From NCBI RefSeq assembly GCF_009914755.1, contig NC_060938.1: 64,000 bases of DNA; one strand, written 5' to 3'. This DNA is from the human T2T-CHM13v2.0 reference genome, Homo sapiens. The notes below the pieces were generated by a model, which saw only the letters and a program-made list of their open reading frames with translations, ran no database searches and had not been told where the DNA came from. Positions 55,883-64,000 of this stretch are shown one piece after another (the first letter of the stretch is position 1; every line of letters begins with the position of its first letter). Both the position numbers and the translations under genes were made by a program.

Positions 55883-57481
55883 TATATTCATTTACTACTG
55901 TTGCATAACAAATTACCACAAATGTAGAGACTTAAAACAGCACACATTTATTATCTCATAGTTTTTGTTAGTCAGAAGTCCAAACACAACTTCCTTGGGT
56001 CCTCTTCTCGGGATCTCACAAGCCTGCAATCAACATGATAACCAGGCTGTGTTCTCACTTGAAGGTTTGACTGGGGAAAAATCTTCCAAGTTCATTCAGG
56101 TTGTCAGAAGTCATTTCCTTGCAGCTACTAGGCTGAAGGCACTAGCTTTTAGCTGGGTATCATCTGGAGACCATACTTAGGTTCTAGAGCCCACAGTTCC
56201 TAGAAAGTGCCCTCCATCCTTTGCAATCCAGGTTTCTCCCAGAAGGCCACTTTTTTCACCAAACTCGCAAAAGTCTCTGGTCTTGTCTGCTAGCAAGATG
56301 GAGGTGCTGATGGACAGTGCCCTTAGACCTTCTAGAGGTCCTCTGGTTTGATTGAGAGGATCTGGGAGGCATGCCCTCTTAAAAGATACCTTTTTGTGAC
56401 TAAATATGCTCACCTTTTGATCTTTCAGATTTTAGCAAAGGGTTGCAAAGTCACACCCTCTAATTTTTCTCTAGACCACACTGTCTTAATTTGAGAATCT
56501 ATTGCCATCTGGAGAGGCTTAAAATTTTCAAAATCATCCAGTCCTAGTTCCTTTCTGTTTAAGAATTCTCTTGATTTATCTTTCTCTCCTCTCACATTTT
56601 ACTGTAAACAGCCAGAAGAGACTGGGATGCCTTCAACACTTTTCTTGGAACTCTCCTTTGCTACATAACCAAGTTCATCACCTACAAGTTCAACTTTCTA
56701 CATAACTGCAGACAACAATGTTGCTAAGCTTTCTGTCACTGTTTAACAAAGGTTCTCCCTTCTGTCAGTTTCCCATTACGCATTCCTCACTTCCTCCTGA
56801 GCCCTCTCCTGCAGTGTCCTTAAAGTCCAGGCTTCTATTACTATCAGTCTTTTCAGGAAGACTTAAGCTTTCTCTATTCTACTCCCCTGCCCACTGCTGA
56901 GTTTCAAAACCACCCAACGTTTTCAGATATTTATTAACAGCCACACCCCACTTCCAGGTATCAACACTTGTATTAGTTTTCTATTGCTGTGTGACAAATT
57001 CTCATAGATGCATTTATGATCTCATAGCTTCTTTAGAGCAGGAGTCCAGGTACGACTTAGCTGCTTCCCTGCTCAGAATTCCACAAGTCTTCACTCTCCT
57101 CTGAAGGCTCCACTGGGGGAGAATCCATGCTGGAGCCTACTCTTACAGTTGTTTTGAGAATTATTTCCTTGCAGCTGTATGACCCAGGACCCCAGCATTT
57201 TGCTGGCTGTTGGTTGGAGGCTAACCTCAGGTTCTGGGGGCAAGACACAGTTCCTTGCTACATGGGCTTTTCCAATATGGTCACTTACTTCATGAAGGCC
57301 ACAAGGAGTCTCTAGCTCCAGCCTACCAGCAAAAGGGAGTCTTACAAAATGTTAACATAACCATAGGAGTGACATCCCAGCACCTCTGCCATATGCATCT
57401 GCTACTGGTTATGAGCAAGTTATAAGGGATTACCCAGGATGTGAGTATCATCAGGGGTCACCTTAATGTATGTCCACCGTA
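55883..57481 (-). mobile_element. MLT1F-like two-LTR remnant (LTR - partial internal - LTR)
   Basis: LTR-like blocks at ~55883-56305 and ~56969-57481 share atttccttgcagct, ctcagg/cttaggttct and acagttcct. The internal part ends ccccacttccaggtatcaa. TSD ttcag/ctcag. Confidence 0.78.
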
Positions 57482-57890
57482 CTCAGAGAATGCACACTTC
57501 AGATTTGGGCATTTTACATAAAAAGGAAAAGGTAGATTGGACTCTAGATATGCATGCTAAATTGTTTAGGGAGAAGTACACCGAAATGCATCAGTAAAAA
57601 AGATGAATTGATGGAAGGATAGAGGGACAGATAGATGAATAAATATATAATGACACAAGTGTAATAAAATGTCAATGGAAGAATCTAGGTGTGGGTATCT
57701 GAGTATTTGCTGAAAATTTAGTTCAATATTTCTGTATATTTAAAAATTTTATAACAAAATATTAGAAAAGTAAATGTATACTTATTAAAAAGAGCACAGA
57801 CATAAATGAGTCATCTATTTCTTTATACTTTTCAGCATTTTCTCACTTTACTCCAATAATCATGAATTTTGTGTATAATCAAGAGTTGGG

Positions 57891-58221
<331 letters not shown>

Positions 58222-60462
58222 TCAATATATCAAGCCAGCGATCTCTCCAGTCCATTACTGAGTCTTTCCCTGCTTTCCCATGAATCAGTCACCAAGAGAA
58301 CAGAAAGTTACCCCCACCTCCAAACATTCTTGAGGTTTTCTACTAGCCAGCTGTGGAGTGATTATTCCTCTGTTCACCTAAACCTCTGAAATTGCACATT
58401 TTTAGGATGCATTATCTCTTCGACATAACAGTTGCATAATAGTACCACAAGTTGCATACAATTGCTCTTCTATTTATATATTATAAAACTGCCTCCTTAA
58501 TATTTTAGATTCTCCCCTCTGGTTCTAATATTTTTAAATTTGGTAAATAAATTGAAATTCACGCTAATCCTAGTGATTCAGATTCTACCATAAAAATCAA
58601 TACTATGTAAAACTGGAGTGCTTAAGGCTAAATCAACAACATATGTAGTCATACCTATTAGTGTCCTGCGTTTGTAGGTAAATTAATTAGTATTACTTGG
58701 ACCACATCATACCACAGCCAATAAAAATAACAGATGTTTGGAGAATGAAGTAACTGGTGTATACAGGCCTAGACATTGGCTTTTTTGTTTTTGCTTTTTA
58801 CAAGAGAGAATGGTTCTGTCCAGTCAAGCACATTATTAAGGCATTCATATTTAATAAGTGGGTCCTAACATAGGAAGGAAAGTTCTAAGGCTACTTATTG
58901 GCATTAATATATTATCTATGCTCCCCTCAAAATTATTTAATCAATAAGTATCAGTCACCTCCTCTGTGTTAAGTCTATTCTAGAGAGGATATAGAAAAGG
59001 AGAGAGAGTAAATACACAAAGTCATTAGCAAAGAATACAATACAGTATCTAGCTATGTGCTAAAATCACTAACAGTTCAATACAGCATTTGTTAGGCTAG
59101 ATACTAAGAAATTAGCAACAGAATACAATCTTCCTCCTGCCTTAAAGCACTCCTGGTTCTCTGCAGAACAGAGCTGAGATGTAGGACATCAGTAAATCAG
59201 ACCTAGAAAAGTCAAGGGGTTTACAGAGATGGCAGGAATTCGTGGGAAAGAAAGCCAAGATCTTCAGGATGGGTTGGCTTTAGACGGCATCAGTAAAACC
59301 AAGGACCAGCCTTCAGTATCATCTTTAGTTGTGGGGTAAAACAACTGCAACCCCAATGTTACTGCCTGAGGACTTAACAGTTAACCTGGCTGCCACTGGG
59401 ATGGGCAATAAGCTCAAACCACAGCATGGAGTTTTGGGGGGACCATGTCTCTCGGGACCTGGCCAATATGATGAGGATAAAGGATGAATAAGTAAACCCT
59501 CAATGATGATTCTCTCAATACTCTCAACCAGTGTTCTCAGTGAAGGTTGGGGGGCATCGTGGAAAGCTAGGGGGAAACGATTTTGCTGATCACATTATTT
59601 GAGAGGTGCTTTTTGAATTTTCAACTGTATTCACCTAAAATAAATACATGATAAACTGCATATATTTAAGTGTACTATATGCTTATTTAAGTGTTTTTTC
59701 CACACGCACACACAGACACACACACACAACAAACCTGCAAGACCATGGCTACACTGAAGATGATAAAAATATTCCTCACTCTCCTTCACAAAGGTCTCAT
59801 GCCCACTTGTGATGCTTGCATGCCCCTCCCCTCTTCCATCATCCTCAGGCAAACATTGATCTGCTGTCCTTATAGATTACTTTGCATTTTCCAGAATGTC
59901 ATCTAAGTGAACTCATATTGTATGTATTCTATTTGTCTGGCTTCTTTCCCTCTGCATAATTATTTCGAGATTCATCTATGTTGCAGCACGTGTTAATAGT
60001 CTATTTCTCTTTATTGGCGAGTAGTAGTATTCCACTGTCTGGATATACCACAGTTATTCTATTCATCTGTGAATAGGCATTTGAGTTGTTTCCAGATATT
60101 GGCAATTACAAATAAAGCTGCAATGAGCATTTGTGTCCAGGTCTTTGTATGGATGTATGTCCATACATAAATCATACACAAATCATTTCTCTTAGATGAA
60201 ATGGAATGGCTCGCACTGTTTTCCAAAGTGTCTTACTCATCTCACAAGCCCACCTACAGAGTTTCAGATGAGCCACATCCTTGCCAACACTTGCTATGGT
60301 CAGTCTTTAATTTATCCATTTCAACTGGTTTAAGTGCTATCTCACTATGTTTTTAATTTACAGTTCCTTAATAACTAATGACACTGAGCATCTTTTCCTG
60401 CCCTTATTTGTCATCCATATATCTTCTCTGGTGAAGTGTCTATTCAAATTGTTTGCCTAATT

Positions 60463-61954
<1,492 letters not shown>

Positions 61955-63925
61955 GTTTGCCTAATTTTTAATTAAATTTTTTATCATTGAGATTTAGAGT
62001 TCTTTATACATTCTGGATACAAGTCTTTATCAGATACATAATTTATAAATATTTTCTCCAGCCTTGTCATTTTCCTAAGAATATCTTTTGAAGAGCAGAA
62101 GTTTTTAATTTTGATAAAGTTCAATTTATCAATTTGTTATTTTATGGATCATATTATGGTTGTTCTAACTAAGAAATATTTGTCTAACCCAAGTCATAAA
62201 GGTTTTCTTCTATAAGTTCTACAGCTTTAGATTTTATATTTTGGACTAGGGTCCATTTTGAATTAATGTTTTTTATATGCTTAGATCAAAAGTCCCAGCA
62301 CAAACTGTTGAAAAGAATATTCTTCCTCCATTGCCTTGGGGAGTTGTCTGTATAAGTGTGGGTTTGTTTCCGAACTTTATTCTGTTCCACTGATATATTT
62401 GTATATTTTAAGCCAATACTGCACAGGGTTGATTACCATCAGTCTATGATAGGTGTTGAAATCAAGTAATGCTAATCATTTTTAAAGTTGTTTTGGCTAT
62501 TTTAGGTCCTTTATAGTTCCAAAGGAATTTTAGAATCAGTCTGTCGAGTGCTACAAAAAAAAAAAAAAAAAAAATACTTGCTCGGATTTTGATGAGGATT
62601 GTGTTAAATCCATATAGCAGCTTTGGGAGAACTGACATGTGAATAGTAAGAACGCTTCAGATCCATAGACATACTGTATGTCTTCTCCACTTGACGTCTT
62701 CTTTGATTTATCTCCTCAATGTTTTGTATGTTTCAGTGCATACAACTTGCACATCTTCTGCCAAATTTATCCTTACATATTTTATATTTTGGATGCTGTT
62801 ATAAATGATATTCCTGAATTTCAATTTATGATCTTTTTTATTCTTAATATATAGAAATGCAATTGATAGCTGTGTTTTGATTTTGTATAATGCAACCTTG
62901 CTAAGCTATTTGTTCTGGTAGCTTTTATTGTAGATTCATATAATTTTTCAAGACAACCACATCATTTGTTCATAAGGTCAGTTTTACTTCTTCTTTTCCT
63001 ATCAAGTTGTCTTTCGTTTCTTTTTCTTGCCTGATTGTCTTGGCTAGGATCTCTGGTATGATAATGAATAGAAATAGGAAGAGAACATATCTGTGTCTTG
63101 CTCTTGACCTTAGAGTAAAAACATTCAGTCTTTGACACAAGCTAAAGAATTTATGTAGATGCCCAATATCACACTGAGGAAATCCCCTCGATTCCTAGTT
63201 TGCTGAGAGTTGTTTTTAGAAATGGATATTGGATTTTGCTAAATATGTTTTTGGGTAAAGAGAAGGAGGGTGTCTATTGAAATGACCACTTGGTTTTTCT
63301 TTCTCAGTTTGTTCATATAGTGTGTATATGTGTATCTACTATACACATATGTATAGTGTATCTACTATACAATGTAGATTGATTTTCCAATGTAAAGTCA
63401 ACATTGCATTCCTGACAAACCACACGTGGTCATAATGTGCTATCGTTTTTGCATATTGTTTCATTCAATTTGCTAAAATTTCATTTAGCATTTTTGTATC
63501 CACGTTTATAAAGGACACTTTCTGTGATTCCCTTTTCTTACAATGTCTTTGTCTTATTTTGGTATTAGGATAGTACTAGCCTCACAGAGTGAGTTGGGAA
63601 AGGTTCCTTCCTCTTCAATTTTTAAAAAATGTTTGTAGAGAACAAGTATTATTTCTCCCTTAGATGTTTGGTAGAATTCACCTGTATAGCCATTTGGCTT
63701 GACATCTCACTGTGGGAAAGTCTTTAACAACAAATTCCATTTCTACAGTAGACATAGTGTTATTCAGGTTATTTAACTTTTAATTGGTAAGCATTGATGA
63801 TTTGTATCTTTCAAGGTATTTGTCCATTTCATCTAAGTTGCAAATTTATTGGCATAAAATTTTTCATATCATTCCCTTATTGTATTATAAATAACTGGAC
63901 AAGCTATAGTGATATCACCTTTCTC

Positions 63926-63927
<2 letters not shown>

Positions 63928-63956
<29 letters not shown>

Positions 63957-64000
63957 GGAAACAGGTTCTCACTCTGTCACCCAAGCTGGAGTGCTGTAGT
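63928..64000 (-). mobile_element. Alu 3' end (runs off the window)
   Basis: Long poly(T) followed by tctcactctgtcacccaagctggagtg. Confidence 0.85.

Overview
Primate, human-like (AluY/S/J present), non-coding genomic DNA. I found no supportable protein-coding exon, RNA gene, CpG island or CRISPR array. The ORF track is explained by chance, simple repeats, Alu and decayed L1 ORF2. Layout: a GC-richer MIR/L2/MaLR-dotted segment (1-7 kb), an L1-dense block (7-26 kb), a largely L1-free core rich in unique sequence with AT-rich, TF-motif-dense islands that look like candidate distal enhancers (26-49 kb), and a second L1-dense block (49-64 kb). The most notable sequence-level signals are a perfect, near-palindromic, pure-AT 31-bp x10 minisatellite grown from an Alu tail, two template-switch scars (a locally templated ~50 bp insertion and a 17-bp inverted insertion), two L1PA8-like copies truncated at almost the same point, and several nested transposons. 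I see no evidence for a novel protein-coding system. Repeat subfamily names come from recalled consensus sequences and need RepeatMasker/Dfam confirmation. Boundaries of old elements are approximate. I could not identify the locus.
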